Shown here: piece by piece, positions 46,881-57,400 of the stretch | Position numbering within the stretch: the stretch's first letter is position 1 | Layout: each line of letters begins with the position of its first letter | Sequence record: NC_054924.1 | Source of the DNA: Escherichia phage vB_EcoM_Lutter | Strand: one strand, 5' to 3' | DNA: 64,000 nt | Position numbers and translations under genes: made by a program | The notes under the pieces: generated by a model | Told to the model about the DNA's origin: nothing | The model's input: only the letters and a program-made list of their open reading frames with translations | Database searches by the model: none

Positions 46881-47188
46881 ATTGCCATTTTCCCTTTAAT
46901 TGCTGGATGCGATTCATAATTTTCAAGGATAAAATCTTTCGGTTTCATGTATTCAGTTAACCAGTAAAGCTGTGTTTCGGTGTCACAATTTCCAAACTCT
47001 ATAGGCCAATCAATTTTAAGTTCACACAGTTCTTTAGGCTCACGACGTAAAATTTCTTTACATTGCTCAGTATGATTCATATAGATGTGAGTATTACCAC
47101 CAGAAAATATCAAATCTCCTGGGATAAGATTACACATCTTAGCCACAATATGTGTCAAGGCAGCGTACGAGGCAATGTTGAACGGTAG
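46877..47188 (-). CDS. td: Thymidylate synthase, exon 2
   Basis: Exon begins CTACCGTTC (LPFNIASY...) directly after intron 3' end CATAATG; with exon 1 gives 286 aa. Confidence 0.9.
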   Translation of the reverse strand, partial: LPFNIASYAALTHIVAKMCNLIPGDLIFSGGNTHIYMNHTEQCKEILRREPKELCELKIDWPIEFGNCDTETQLYWLTEYMKPKDFILENYESHPAIKGKMAI

Positions 47189-48204
47189 CATTATGTTCAG
47201 ATAAGGTCGTTAATCTTACCCCGGAATTATATCCAGCTACATGTCACCATGCAGAGCAGACTATATCTCCAACTTGTTAAAGCAAGTTGTCTATCGTTTC
47301 GAGTCACTTGACCCTACTCCCCAAAGGGATAGTCGTTAGGCATTTATGTAGAACCAATTCCATTTATCAGATTTTACACGATAAGTAACTAATCCAGACG
47401 AAATTTTAAAATGTCTAGCTGCATCTGCTGCACATTCAAAAATAACCCCATCACATGAAATCTTTTTAATATTACTAGGCTTTTTACCTTTCATCTTTTC
47501 TGATATTTTAGATTTAGTTATGTCTGAATGCTTATGATTAAAGAATGAATTATTTTCACCTGAACGATTTCTGCATTTACTACAAGTATAAGCAGAAGTT
47601 TGTATGCGAACACCGCACTTACAAAACTTATGGATTTCTGGATTCCAACGCCCATTTTTACTTCCGGGTTTACTGTAAAGAGCTTTCCGACCATCAGGTC
47701 CAAGTTTAAGCATCTTAGCTTTAACAGTTTCAGAACGTTTCTTAATAATTTCTTCTTTTAATGGATGCGTAGAACATGTATCACCAAACGTTGCATCAGC
47801 AATATTGTATCCATTAATTTTAGAATTAAGCTCTTTAATCCAAAAATTTTCTCGTTCAATAATCAAATCTTTCTCATATGGAATTTCTTCCAAAATAGAA
47901 CATTCAAACACATTACCATGTTTGTTAAAAGACCTCTGAAGTTTTATAGAAGAATGGCATCCTTTTTCTAAATCTTTAAAATGCCTCTTCCATCTCTTTT
48001 CAAAATCTTTAGCACTTCCTACATATACTTTATTGTTTAAAGTATTTTTAATCTGATAAATTCCGCTTTTCATAAATACCTCTTTGAATATAGAAGTATT
48101 TATTAAAGGGCAGTCCTACAATTTAGCACGGGATTGTCTACTAGAGAGTTTCCCCGTTTAGATAGATTACAAGTATAAGTCACCTTATACTCAGGCCTCA
48201 ATTA
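47189..48204 (-). mobile_element. Group I self-splicing intron in td (1016 nt) carrying I-TevI
   Basis: 5' end TAATTGAGGCCTGAGTATAAGGTGACTTATACTTG after exon GGGT; 3' end CATAATG; both ends as recalled for the T4 td intron. Confidence 0.92.
47336..48073 (-). CDS. I-TevI: I-TevI GIY-YIG homing endonuclease (intron-encoded)
   Basis: 245 aa; GIY-YIG motif GIYQIKNTLNNKVYVGSA; C-terminal zinc finger and DNA-binding domain; recognised as T4 I-TevI. Confidence 0.93.
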   Translation of the reverse strand: MKSGIYQIKNTLNNKVYVGSAKDFEKRWKRHFKDLEKGCHSSIKLQRSFNKHGNVFECSILEEIPYEKDLIIERENFWIKELNSKINGYNIADATFGDTCSTHPLKEEIIKKRSETVKAKMLKLGPDGRKALYSKPGSKNGRWNPEIHKFCKCGVRIQTSAYTCSKCRNRSGENNSFFNHKHSDITKSKISEKMKGKKPSNIKKISCDGVIFECAADAARHFKISSGLVTYRVKSDKWNWFYINA

Positions 48205-48753
48205 ACCCAAGAAAACATCTACCGAACGTTGATACCACTGCAAATCCAAATAACCATTACGCACATTAAACTGATAGAACATATGACAGGGCGGTAATGC
48301 CATTTGATTGATTTCAGCTGGATTCCATGCTGAAACGATTTGACGTCGATCAGTTGGTAATTTTTTAATACGATCAATAGTTTCAACTAATTGATCCACA
48401 CCACCGAAATCACGCCATTGTTTACCGTATATAGGACCAAGTTCACCACTATGATATCCTAGGTCTTTAGCTTGGTTTTCATAATTGTCATCCCAGATAG
48501 TTTTACCTTGAATAAGACTACCGTGAGTAAGAAGACGTAAATCATTAACATTGGTAGAACCGGAAATAAACCATAGAAGCTCAGCAATGCATGCATTCCA
48601 GGCGAGCTTCTTAGTTGTTACTGCAGGAAAACCTTTAGTTAAATCCCATCGTAATTTAGTACCGAACAAAGCAATTGTTCCTGTGCCCGTTCGGTCATCG
48701 GTTTCATAGCCATTTTCAAAAATGTCTTTAATTAAATCTTGGTATTGTTTCAT
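48205..48753 (-). CDS. td: Thymidylate synthase, exon 1
   Basis: 183 codons ending ...VDVFLG with terminal U before intron; TS active-site motif PPCH. Confidence 0.93.
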
Positions 48754-48798
48754 TTAGTACCTTATATAAATTATAATACATTTTATGAAGCTGAATAA

Positions 48799-49146
48799 TC
48801 AATACGGTTTAGCATCAAATTTTCTCTCAATTTCAGGTGTGAAATATAATTCTTTACCGCGTTTGGAAAAGCGACCAATAATATGATAATTATTCTCATC
48901 AAACGTGATATTACCAATATCCATAGCTTTCAACCAAATATCGATATTTCTATCCAGCTTTATGTCAAAATTCCAATACGGAGAACTATTACCGAAAATA
49001 CTACAAGCGGATTCAGTGAAACAGCTACTATAAATCTTGTCTTTAGGAACTACTAATTGATAGACACCTTTAATAAACTGAGGACCTTGCCATTTTGGCT
49101 GTTTCTCGTCTTTTTCTAATAGAATAGGGTAATAATTAAAATTCAT
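48799..49146 (-). CDS. Hypothetical protein inserted between frd and td
   Basis: 115 aa ORF with ATG start occupying a gap where frd and td overlap in T4. Confidence 0.6.
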   Translation of the reverse strand: MNFNYYPILLEKDEKQPKWQGPQFIKGVYQLVVPKDKIYSSCFTESACSIFGNSSPYWNFDIKLDRNIDIWLKAMDIGNITFDENNYHIIGRFSKRGKELYFTPEIERKFDAKPY

Positions 49147-49165
49147 ATTTCCGCCACGCGTTATT

Positions 49166-49986
<821 letters not shown>

Positions 49987-49995
49987 TATATTTCC

Positions 49996-50238
49996 TCAAA
50001 CAGACTTTTTCACAATTTTCCAATCAGCTTTAAACTGTTCAACGTCAGAATGGTAAATCCAGAATCCTGCGCTTTCTCCGTCTTCATAAAGCGGACACCC
50101 ATCACATTCATCTTCCCATCCCATATTACGCAAAAGATGTTCAGCTTTTTCAACAAGTTCAGAATCTTTACCGATGATATTAAAATACCATTTACCTTTA
50201 ACTTCCGAATCTTTGATGCTCTGACGTTGTAATCTCAT
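49996..50238 (-). CDS. Hypothetical protein (frd.2 position)
   Basis: 80 aa ORF with AAGGAGAA SD. Confidence 0.55.
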   Translation of the reverse strand: MRLQRQSIKDSEVKGKWYFNIIGKDSELVEKAEHLLRNMGWEDECDGCPLYEDGESAGFWIYHSDVEQFKADWKIVKKSV

Positions 50239-50248
50239 TTTATTCTCC

Positions 50249-50317
50249 TTAGCAAGCTTTAATCAAAAGATATAAACAGACCAACATAACTGCTGCCATA
50301 ATATAAGGTGCGAACAT
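50249..50317 (-). CDS. Candidate 22-aa hydrophobic micro-protein
   Basis: ATG with GGAG SD 8 nt upstream; translation MFAPYIMAAVMLVCLYLLIKAC; lies between an early promoter and the next ORF. Confidence 0.25.
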   Translation of the reverse strand: MFAPYIMAAVMLVCLYLLIKAC

Positions 50318-50347
50318 TTTCTTTTCTCCATTAGTTTTGATAGGGTA

Positions 50348-50377
50348 ATAGTATCACACTACTACCCTTCTGTAAAC
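50348..50377 (-). promoter_or_regulatory. T4-type early promoter
   Basis: Minus strand GTTTAC, 18 nt spacer, TACTAT. Confidence 0.45.
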
Positions 50378-50739
50378 TACTTTTTGAAAGTTTTTCGCAA
50401 AAGTTCAATGATTTCATCTACATTGTTTTCGTCTACAATGCAGTGAATTTTTGTTACGCCAGAAACCTTGTCTTCTATTTCATCTTCAGAAGTCGGTTCT
50501 TTATACTCACGAAAACAATGAAATTCATCTTCGCAGACGTTGAAGTAAAAATGCTTTCCATTGGCGCATTCTACGTGTTTTACTACTTTAAATCCATCAG
50601 CAAAGAAAACTTCTTTAACTTCAAACCATCCGCCATTTTCTTGAATAGCTTTAACTATTAATGAATTAGAACGCGGGCGATAATTAATAAATGTATCAAT
50701 AAGTCTTGGAACAAGTTCGTACTTTTTATCAATATACAT
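50377..50739 (-). CDS. Hypothetical protein (frd.3 position)
   Basis: 120 aa ORF, GAGGAAAA SD. Confidence 0.6.
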   Translation of the reverse strand: MYIDKKYELVPRLIDTFINYRPRSNSLIVKAIQENGGWFEVKEVFFADGFKVVKHVECANGKHFYFNVCEDEFHCFREYKEPTSEDEIEDKVSGVTKIHCIVDENNVDEIIELLRKTFKK

Positions 50740-50783
50740 TATGTTTTCCTCATTTTAATAGGGGCTTGATAGCCCCTCGATAA

Positions 50784-51014
50784 TTACTGTTCAATCAATC
50801 CCATGTAAAATTCTGCATCTTCAGCATCCATACCATCACAGTATTCATTAGCCATAAATCGTTCAAGAACTTCTAAAGGACCTTCAATAACAATAGAAAA
50901 ATTGCAATAATTGGGATCATCATGAATACTTGTGATACTAAGTTCAGGATAACGATTACGAATAATTTCTTCAATATATTCAAAATCAACGATGTCAATA
51001 TCAACTTTAGCCAT
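50784..51014 (-). CDS. Hypothetical acidic protein
   Basis: ATG at 51014 with AAGAGGAAAA SD (ORF-track start 51035 is an upstream ATG without SD); 76 aa. Confidence 0.55.
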   Translation of the reverse strand: MAKVDIDIVDFEYIEEIIRNRYPELSITSIHDDPNYCNFSIVIEGPLEVLERFMANEYCDGMDAEDAEFYMGLIEQ

Positions 51015-51057
51015 ATTGTTTTCCTCTTTAATCATCAGCAGTATTGCCGATAGTTGT

Positions 51058-51087
51058 ATAGTACCATAAAGCTTTATGCTTGTAAAC
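51058..51087 (-). promoter_or_regulatory. T4-type early promoter
   Basis: Minus strand GTTTAC, 18 nt spacer, TACTAT; upstream of ORF 50784..51014. Confidence 0.45.
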
Positions 51088-51107
51088 CGTTTTGTGAAAA
51101 AATTTTT

Positions 51108-51137
51108 GAAATAAAAAAGGGGACCTCTAGGGTCCCC
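51108..51137 (-). terminator. Rho-independent terminator after gene 32
   Basis: GGGGACC-tcta-GGGTCCCC hairpin followed by TTTTTTAT on the minus strand. Confidence 0.75.
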
Positions 51138-51159
51138 AATTAATTAGTAATATAATCTA

Positions 51160-52068
51160 TTAAAGGTCATTCAAAAGGTCATCCAGGTCCGTGTCATCAG
51201 CACTAGATGAACTGCCAGAGCTTGAGCTCATAAAATCATCTTCAGTTTTTGTATTGAAGTCATCAACATTGAATGCATCCAAATCATCAGCAACTTTATC
51301 AGCTTTCTTAGCAGCAGTTGCTGCGGCACCACCCATAGCAGCAGTTCCCATAACTTGACTGAACTTAGTGCTCAGTTCTTCAAACGATTTGAATTTATCT
51401 TTAGAAGTCATTTCAGAAAGGTCAACCATTTGTTCGAACAGTTCTTTCTGGAAAGATTCATCATCAATGTTTGGAATCGCAGATTGATTCAGGAATTTAG
51501 ATTCGTCGTAGTTACTAAAACCAGAAACTTGTTTAACTTTCAGTACAAAGTTAGCACCTTCCCACGGACAAGTTACATCAACCGGAGTTTCACCCATTTC
51601 AACATCAACTGCAATCATTGCATTGATTTTATCCCAGATTTTCTTACCGAAGCGGTATTTAAATACTTTACCTTCATTTTCTGGAGCAGCTGGGTCTTTT
51701 ACAACAAGAATGTTAGCCCAGTAAGAAGTTTTGCGTTTAACAAGACTGTACTCTTTATTGTCAGTGTTGTACAAATCATTTTTACTGATGTACTGACATA
51801 CTGGACAAGAATCGTAATCACCGTGGGTAGATGAACACGTTTCAATATACCATTTGCCATTTTTCTTGAAACCGTGATTTACAAGAATTGCAAATGGTGC
51901 TTGTTCATCATTTTTAGACGGAAGAAAACGAATTACTGCTTGACCGTTACCCGCATTGTCGAGTTTCAGTTTCCACTCGCCTTTATCTTCAGAAGAAAAA
52001 CCACCTTTATTTCCAGCCAGTTTAGCCATTTGTGCAGCGAGTTCAGCAGTAGATTTACGTTTAAACAT
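51160..52068 (-). CDS. 32: Single-stranded DNA-binding protein gp32
   Basis: 302 aa; acidic C-terminal tail [22 protein letters not shown]; recognised as T4 gp32. Confidence 0.97.
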
Positions 52069-52140
52069 TTTTATTTCCTTTTTAATTTAATTAACAGTTG
52101 GTGCTATGACGATGTATGACCTCATAGCTGGTCAGTGAGA
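52069..52140 (-). promoter_or_regulatory. Gene 32 mRNA leader (site of the gp32 translational operator)
   Basis: About 70-nt AT-rich untranslated leader between promoters and the gene 32 ATG. Confidence 0.4.
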
Positions 52141-52142
52141 TA

Positions 52143-52167
52143 ATTATAATCTATTTATAATAAGCAA
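52143..52167 (-). promoter_or_regulatory. MotA-dependent middle promoter with overlapping late TATAAATA, upstream of gene 32
   Basis: Minus strand TTGCTTA (MotA box), 12 nt, TATAAT; the spacer itself contains TATAAATA (52152..52159). Confidence 0.55.
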
Positions 52168-52821
52168 TTAATACTTGCAAGATTTCACAGTTTCAATAAA
52201 AACATTTTTAGCTTTCTGTGAATCAATATTTAAAATTTTTCTATAAGCCTTTAACTTTATAGAATAATTATTCCAGACTAAATTATCAGTCTGTTCATCA
52301 TGTTTATCAATTATATTTAAAAACGAATCAAGCAAGATAAACGTTTCAAACGAAATTATATTCGACTGAAGCAGTTTAAAAATATAACTTGATTGAACCT
52401 TTGGATTATATTCAAAGATTTCTTTAAAAGCAGAAACTTCAACTTTTTTACTAAAATAATAAATGTTGCGAATATCTTCTTCAAACTTAAATTTAATTTG
52501 CTTTAAGCGTCCGATATATTCACGATAAAACACAAGTGCATCAGCGTCAGAGATGTCACCAATCCAAGCATCTTGGTTAGCAACAAGATTGCTTATAAAG
52601 ATTAAAGCAAGTTCCTTTAATTTATATTTTTCTGATAACTTCTGGAAAAAATACTTATCCCTTCGCTTTTGATAAGCGGCATCAGACACCCGCATGCACC
52701 AATTATACTTAATTACATCATACTTTCCATTCATATGTTGTTTTATCATTAAGTATAATTTATAAACTGATTTACCATCAATATATCTTTCACCACCAGC
52801 AGGCATGCGGAGTTTAATCAT
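52168..52821 (-). CDS. 59: Helicase loader gp59
   Basis: 217 aa; position between 33 and 32 as in T4. Confidence 0.93.
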   Translation of the reverse strand: MIKLRMPAGGERYIDGKSVYKLYLMIKQHMNGKYDVIKYNWCMRVSDAAYQKRRDKYFFQKLSEKYKLKELALIFISNLVANQDAWIGDISDADALVFYREYIGRLKQIKFKFEEDIRNIYYFSKKVEVSAFKEIFEYNPKVQSSYIFKLLQSNIISFETFILLDSFLNIIDKHDEQTDNLVWNNYSIKLKAYRKILNIDSQKAKNVFIETVKSCKY

Positions 52822-53156
52822 AATAGAAAATCTAATGTATTAGTTTTTTCACAACGAACAACAGAAGGACGTAAAAGATTTTCGTCAATAGCTTCTGACT
52901 GAATTTTTTCAATTATACCCGAAGGAATAAATTTAGCAAATTGAGTTTCAGGAATAGAATTTTCTTCCAAGAATGCTGTTGTAGCTTCAAGATAACTCAT
53001 TCCAAACTCTTCTACCATTTTTTCAATAATAAATCCATTTTCTTGGCGGTCAAGAAGCTTTGCAATTTCATCCTTTTCTTTCTTAATTGAGAGTTCTTTT
53101 TCTGAAAGACCGGTCTCATCGACCGGGCGAATATCATTTAGAGAAAACTGTGTCAT
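52818..53156 (-). CDS. 33: Late transcription co-activator gp33
   Basis: ATG at 53156 gives 112 aa (ORF-track start 53165 is TTG). Confidence 0.85.
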   Translation of the reverse strand: MTQFSLNDIRPVDETGLSEKELSIKKEKDEIAKLLDRQENGFIIEKMVEEFGMSYLEATTAFLEENSIPETQFAKFIPSGIIEKIQSEAIDENLLRPSVVRCEKTNTLDFLL

Positions 53157-53403
53157 AAAGTTCAACTACCTCTTCAGTTTCAGCTTCAAACACATCACGA
53201 TTATCTTTATGATACAAAGCTAATAGACGATTAAACATCTTACCATCAACGCCAAGTTCATCTTTGGCACGAATTCGAATATCTTTAATCAATTCATTAT
53301 AACCAGAAATTTTCAGTTTATGATCAGATGCTTCTTTAATAAATTTAGCCAAGTCTTCGCCGTGGATAGCTTCATCAAATTCAACCATTTCTTTTTTAGC
53401 CAT
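53134..53403 (-). CDS. dsbA: DsbA double-stranded DNA-binding protein
   Basis: 89 aa ORF overlapping the start of gene 33, as in T4. Confidence 0.8.
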   Translation of the reverse strand: MAKKEMVEFDEAIHGEDLAKFIKEASDHKLKISGYNELIKDIRIRAKDELGVDGKMFNRLLALYHKDNRDVFEAETEEVVELYDTVFSK

Positions 53404-53411
53404 TATTCACC

Positions 53412-54329
53412 TCAAAATTCATTAATGCTATTAGTTAATTTAGAAAGACCCGCTTTTACAAAATATGAATAAATTTTGCCACGCGGTGGTAATTTATATG
53501 AATTATAGTAATTCACAATGTTTGAAGCAATATTATCAGGAATATAATCAAAATCAATTAGAACTAAATTTTCTTTATAACGATTATATTCAGATTCTGT
53601 GAGAAGCACCTTAGCTTGCTCACGGTCATTAGCAATAGCTTCAACGATTGAAGTTTTCATTGAAGGAGTTCGTTCGCCTTCAACTCTAGTAAACCAAAAA
53701 TCAGACCGCACTTTAACTGAAGCAACGTTATCCTTTTTGTCGCCTTTAAGGATTTTAGTCATACAGTCAATTTCAGCAGAACCGCTTTTAATTTTAACCC
53801 ATTTCTTGTGCATCGGTGACCATTGCTTAACATTTGGATATTTGTGAAGTTGAGTAAAGTCACCATCCGATGAAATGATTAAAATCTTATGTCCTTCTAA
53901 AGAGAACTTTTTAACCAAAACAGCAATATGGTCATCTGCTTCATACTTATCAATATCCATAACGATGTATGGCATATAAGCTTTCAATTCATCTATAACT
54001 TTATGACTGGATTCAAAATAACCTTCCCAGTCCCAAGTAGATTCTTCTCGTGCTTTTCCACGGTTTTTCTTATAATAATAAGCAAAATCACGACGCCAAT
54101 ATCCAGATTTCGCGTTATCAATACACAATACAATTTTAGTGTATCCAAGAGCTTTTGCTTTTTTGACATTAAACTTAATTGAGTTCAATATCAAATGACG
54201 AACCATTGATAAATTAATTTTTTCTTTATCTGGGAAGTTTACCAAAGCAGTTGAAAGCGCAATTTGACTAAAGTCAATTAAGCAGATTCCTTCTTTGTAA
54301 TCTTCATCCAGCATCATTTCTAAATCCAT
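53412..54329 (-). CDS. rnh: RNase H (5'-3' exonuclease / flap endonuclease)
   Basis: ATG at 54329 with GAGG SD gives 305 aa (ORF-track start 54344 is TTG); recognised as T4 RNase H. Confidence 0.93.
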   Translation of the reverse strand: MDLEMMLDEDYKEGICLIDFSQIALSTALVNFPDKEKINLSMVRHLILNSIKFNVKKAKALGYTKIVLCIDNAKSGYWRRDFAYYYKKNRGKAREESTWDWEGYFESSHKVIDELKAYMPYIVMDIDKYEADDHIAVLVKKFSLEGHKILIISSDGDFTQLHKYPNVKQWSPMHKKWVKIKSGSAEIDCMTKILKGDKKDNVASVKVRSDFWFTRVEGERTPSMKTSIVEAIANDREQAKVLLTESEYNRYKENLVLIDFDYIPDNIASNIVNYYNSYKLPPRGKIYSYFVKAGLSKLTNSINEF

Positions 54330-54358
54330 ATGAACCTCGTTCAATTAGTGAGATTTCT

Positions 54359-54388
54359 ATTATATACCATCCGAATCTTAAAGTAAAC
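54359..54388 (-). promoter_or_regulatory. T4-type early promoter for rnh
   Basis: Minus strand GTTTAC, 18 nt spacer, TATAAT; the -35 abuts the plus-strand late promoter of gene 34. Confidence 0.55.
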
Positions 54389-54391
54389 AAG

Positions 54392-54399
54392 TATAAATA
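54392..54399 (+). promoter_or_regulatory. Late promoter TATAAATA upstream of gene 34
   Basis: Exact TATAAATA 35 nt upstream of the gene 34 ATG. Confidence 0.55.
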
Positions 54400-54433
54400 C
54401 TTATTATTGAAAACACAATAGGAGCCCGGGAGA

Positions 54434-57400
54434 ATGGCCGAGATTAAAAGAAAGTTCAGAGCAGAAGATGGTCTGGACGCAGGTGGTGATAAAATAATCA
54501 ACGTAGCTTTAGCTGATCGTACCGTAGGAACTGACGGCGTTAACGTTGATTACCTAATTCAAGAAAACACAGTTCAACAATACGATCCAACTCGTGGATA
54601 TTTAAAAGATTTTGTAATCATTTATGATAACCGCTTTTGGGCTGCTATAAATGATATTCCAAAACCGGCAGGAGCTTTTAATAGCGGGCGCTGGAGAGCA
54701 TTACGTACCGATGCTAACTGGATTACAGTCTCATCTGGTTCATATCAATTAAAATCAGGTGAAGCTATTTCGGTTAACACTGCAGCTGGTAATGATATTA
54801 CATTTACTTTACCATCTACTCCAATTGACGGTGATACTATCGTTCTCCAAGATATTGGAGGAAAACCTGGAGTTAACCAAGTTTTAATTGTAGCTCCAGT
54901 GCAAAGTATTGTAAACTTCAGAGGCGAGCAAGTACGTTCAGTACTAATGACTCATCCAAAGTCACAGCTAGTTTTAATTTTTAGTAATCGTCTGTGGCAA
55001 ATGTATGTTGCTGATTATAGTAGAGAAGCTATAGTTGTAACACCAGCGAATACTTATCAAGCGCAATCCAACGATTTTATCGTACGTAGATTTACTTCTG
55101 CTGCACCGATAAATATTAAACTTCCGAGATTTGCTAATCATGGCGATATTATTAATTTCGTTGATTTAGATAAACTGAATCCACTTTATCATACAATTGT
55201 TACTACATACGATGAAACGACTTCAGTACAAGAAGTTGGAACTCATTCCATTGAAGGCCGTACATCTATTGACGGTTTCTTGATGTATGACGATAATGAG
55301 AAATTATGGAGATTATTTGACGGGGACAGTAAAGCACGTTTACGTATCATAACAACTAATTCAAACATTCGTCCAAATGAAGAAGTTATGGTATTTGGTG
55401 CGAATAATGGAACAACTCAGACAATTGAGCTTAAGCTTCCAACTAATATTTCTGTTGGTGATACTGTTAAAATTTCCATGAATTACATGAGAAAAGGACA
55501 AACAGTTAAAATCAAAGCTGCTGATGAAGATAAAATTGCTTCTTCAGTTCAATTGCTGCAATTCCCAAAACGCTCAGAGTATCCACCTGAAGCTGAATGG
55601 GTGACTGTTCAAGAATTAGTTTTTAACGGTGAAACTAATTATGTTCCAGTTTTGGAGCTTGCTTACATAGAAGATTCTGATGGAAAATACTGGGTTGTAC
55701 AGCAAAATGCTCCAACTGTAGAAAGAGTTGATTCTTTAAACGATTCTACTAGAGCAAGATTAGGCGTGATTGCTTTAGCTACACAAGCTCAAGCTAATGC
55801 CGATTTAGAAAATTCTCCACAAAAAGAATTAGCAATTACTCCAGAAACATTAGCTAACCGTACTGCTACAGAAACTCGTAGAGGTATCGCAAGAATAGCA
55901 ACTACTGCTCAAGTAAACCAGGATACTACATTCTCTTTTGCTGACGATATTATCATCACTCCTAAAAAGCTGAATGAAAGAACTGCTACAGAAACTCGCA
56001 GAGGTGTCGCAGAAATTGCTACGCAGCAAGAAACTAATGCAGGTACTGATGATACAACCATCATTACTCCTAAAAAGCTTCAAGCTCGCCAAGGTTCTGA
56101 ATCATTATCTGGTATTGTAACTTTTGTATCTACTGCAGGTGCTACTCCAGCTTCTAGCCGTGAATTAAATGGTACAAACGTTTATAATAAAAACACTAAT
56201 AATTTAGTTGTTTCACCTAAAGCTTTAGACCAGTATAAAGCTACTCCAACACAGCAAGGTGCAGTAATTTTAGCAGTTGAAAGTGAAGTAATTGCTGGAC
56301 AAAGTCAGGAAGGATGGGCAAATGCTGTTGTAACGCCAGAAACGTTACATAAAAAGACATCAACTGATGGAAGAATTGGTTTAATTGAAATTGCTACACA
56401 AAGTGAAGTTAATACGGGAACTGATTATACTCGTGCAGTCACTCCTAAAACTTTAAATGACCGTAGAGCAACTGAAAGTTTAAGTGGTATAGCTGAAATT
56501 GCTACACAAGTTGAATTCGACGCAGGCGTCGACGATACTCGTATCTCTACACCATTAAAAATTAAAACCAGATTTAATAGTACTGATCGTACTTCTGTTG
56601 TTGCTCTATCTGGATTAGTTGAATCAGGAACTCTCTGGGACCATTATACCCTTAATATTCTTGAAGCAAATGAGACACAGCGTGGTACACTTCGTGTAGC
56701 TACACAGGTTGAAGCTGCTGCAGGAACATTAGATAATGTTTTAATAACTCCTAAAAAGCTTTTAGGTACTAAATCTACTGAAGCACAGGAAGGTGTTATT
56801 AAAGTTGCAACCCAGTCTGAAACTGTGGCTGGAACGTCAGCAAATACTGCTGTATCTCCAAAAAATTTAAAATGGATTGTGCAGAGTGAACCTACCTGGG
56901 CAGCTACTACTGCGATAAGAGGTTTTGTTAAAACTTCATCTGGTTCAATTACATTCGTTGGTAATGATACAGTCGGTTCTACCCAAGATTTAGAACTATA
57001 TGAGAAAAATAGCTATGCAGTATCACCATATGAATTAAACCGTGTATTAGCAAATTATTTGCCGTTAAAAGCAAAAGCTGCTGATACAAATTTATTGGAT
57101 GGTCTAGATTCATCTCAGTTCATTCGTAGGGATATTGCACAGACGGTTAATGGTTCACTAACCTTAACCCAGCAAACGAATCTGAGTGCCCCTCTTGTAT
57201 CATCTAGTACTGCTACGTTTGGTGGATCAGTTTCGGCAAATAGTACATTAACTATTTCTAATACTGGAACGGCAACTCGTCTGATTTTTGAGAAAGGACC
57301 TCAAACTGGAACTAACCCAGCACAGACGATGACTATCAGAGTTTGGGGAAATCAGTTTGGCGGCGGTTCAGATACAACACGTTCTACTGTATTTGAAGTT

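Noticed and set aside
46877-47191. ORF-track call of a separate 104-aa protein starting with Met
   Set aside because: The ATG is the last three nucleotides of the td intron (CATAATG); the frame is td exon 2 and begins at 47188 after splicing.
55850-56092. 80-aa antisense ORF inside gene 34
   Set aside because: Created by the internal nucleotide repeats of gene 34; Cys/Ser-rich nonsense product.
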